A stretch of 64,000 bases of DNA from NCBI GenBank assembly GCA_031272485.1, contig JAISTV010000017.1:4385-68384 (forward strand), read 5' to 3'. Below, in pieces: positions 63,791-64,000 of the stretch. The stretch's first letter is position 1, and each line of letters opens with the position of its first letter. Under the pieces are notes generated by a model. That model was given only the letters and a program-made list of their open reading frames with translations. It was not told where the DNA came from and did not search any database. A program made the translations under genes and the position numbers. The stretch is from Eubacteriales Family XIII. Incertae Sedis bacterium. GTDB taxonomy: Bacteria > Bacillota > Clostridia > Peptostreptococcales > Anaerovoracaceae.

Positions 63791-63891
63791 GCGGACGCGC
63801 GCGTATAAGGGAAATCCATTTGCTGGCAGAGCACGTGCGGGCAAGGCCCGTGAGGCAGCGTGCGGGTTATCTACCAAGAAGGGAGAGCAAA

Positions 63892-64000
63892 ATGGCTGAA
63901 AGAAAGAAAATGAATGCGACCGTAAAATTCGTGGTATGCGAATTGGTCGCGGTGGCCGCGGCGGTGGCGGTTATGCTCATGCATCCGCCGGCAGCGCTCA
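63892..64000 (+). CDS. membrane protein, 3' end beyond the window
   Basis: GGGAGAG RBS then ATG. MAERKKMNATVKFVVCELVAVAAAVAVMLM.. begins a TM helix. Too short to classify. Confidence 0.4.
   Translation, partial: MAERKKMNATVKFVVCELVAVAAAVAVMLMHPPAAL

Noticed and set aside
1-64000. Scan for CRISPR arrays, rRNA, transposases/integrases, prophage genes, toxin-antitoxin pairs or known defence systems.
   Set aside because: No regularly spaced direct repeats, no rRNA-like sequence and no matching protein signatures were seen. The only dispersed repeats are the non-coding elements reported above.

Overview
GC-rich, densely coding chromosomal segment that looks like a Clostridia-class Firmicute, judged from gene content and operon order. 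All protein calls rest on motif recognition in the supplied translations; no database, covariance-model or folding search was run.

Most of the window is ordinary housekeeping:
- trpEGDCFBA operon (trpE is cut by the window edge).
- rimP-nusA-ylxR-infB-(rbfA::nrnA)-truB-ribF.
- murC-(glmU C-terminal half)-prs-pth-mfd-prsA-hisC-mtaD-spoVB/murJ-like-hup.
- Minus-strand rqcP-ECF S component-holA-comEC.
- AbfD/HpaB-family gene, thiamine pyrophosphokinase, a CAT-fold acyltransferase-like gene, and a butyryl-CoA:acetate CoA-transferase-type gene.
- Hybrid sensor kinase, REC-HD-GYP regulator and a MalT/LuxR-type regulator.
- One tRNA-Leu(UAG).
- panG-like-panBCD, a Cys/Met PLP enzyme, and a GntR regulator divergent from a gamma-glutamyltransferase.

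I saw no rRNA, CRISPR array, transposase/integrase, prophage or recognisable defence system. I also found no convincing multi-gene novel system.

The items worth a second look are mostly non-coding or architectural:
- A ~205-bp intergenic element present twice, with interleaved inverted repeats built on a GTGCACGATTTTT core.
- Two orphan promoter-plus-structured-RNA candidates lying between convergent genes (7.4 kb, 6S-like long hairpin; 38.4 kb, consensus promoter plus nested helices).
- A structured leader ending in a terminator just upstream of the pantothenate operon.
- A terminator in the rimP-nusA leader.
- A zinc-ribbon/vWA/C-type-lectin membrane protein.
- An AbfD-like protein lacking all four Fe-S ligands.
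- Unusual gene fusions and splits (rbfA::nrnA, pncA::GNAT, glmU acetyltransferase half only).
- A paralogous pair of small membrane-anchored proteins 45 kb apart.

The many long ORFs antisense to real genes are treated as GC-rich artefacts.
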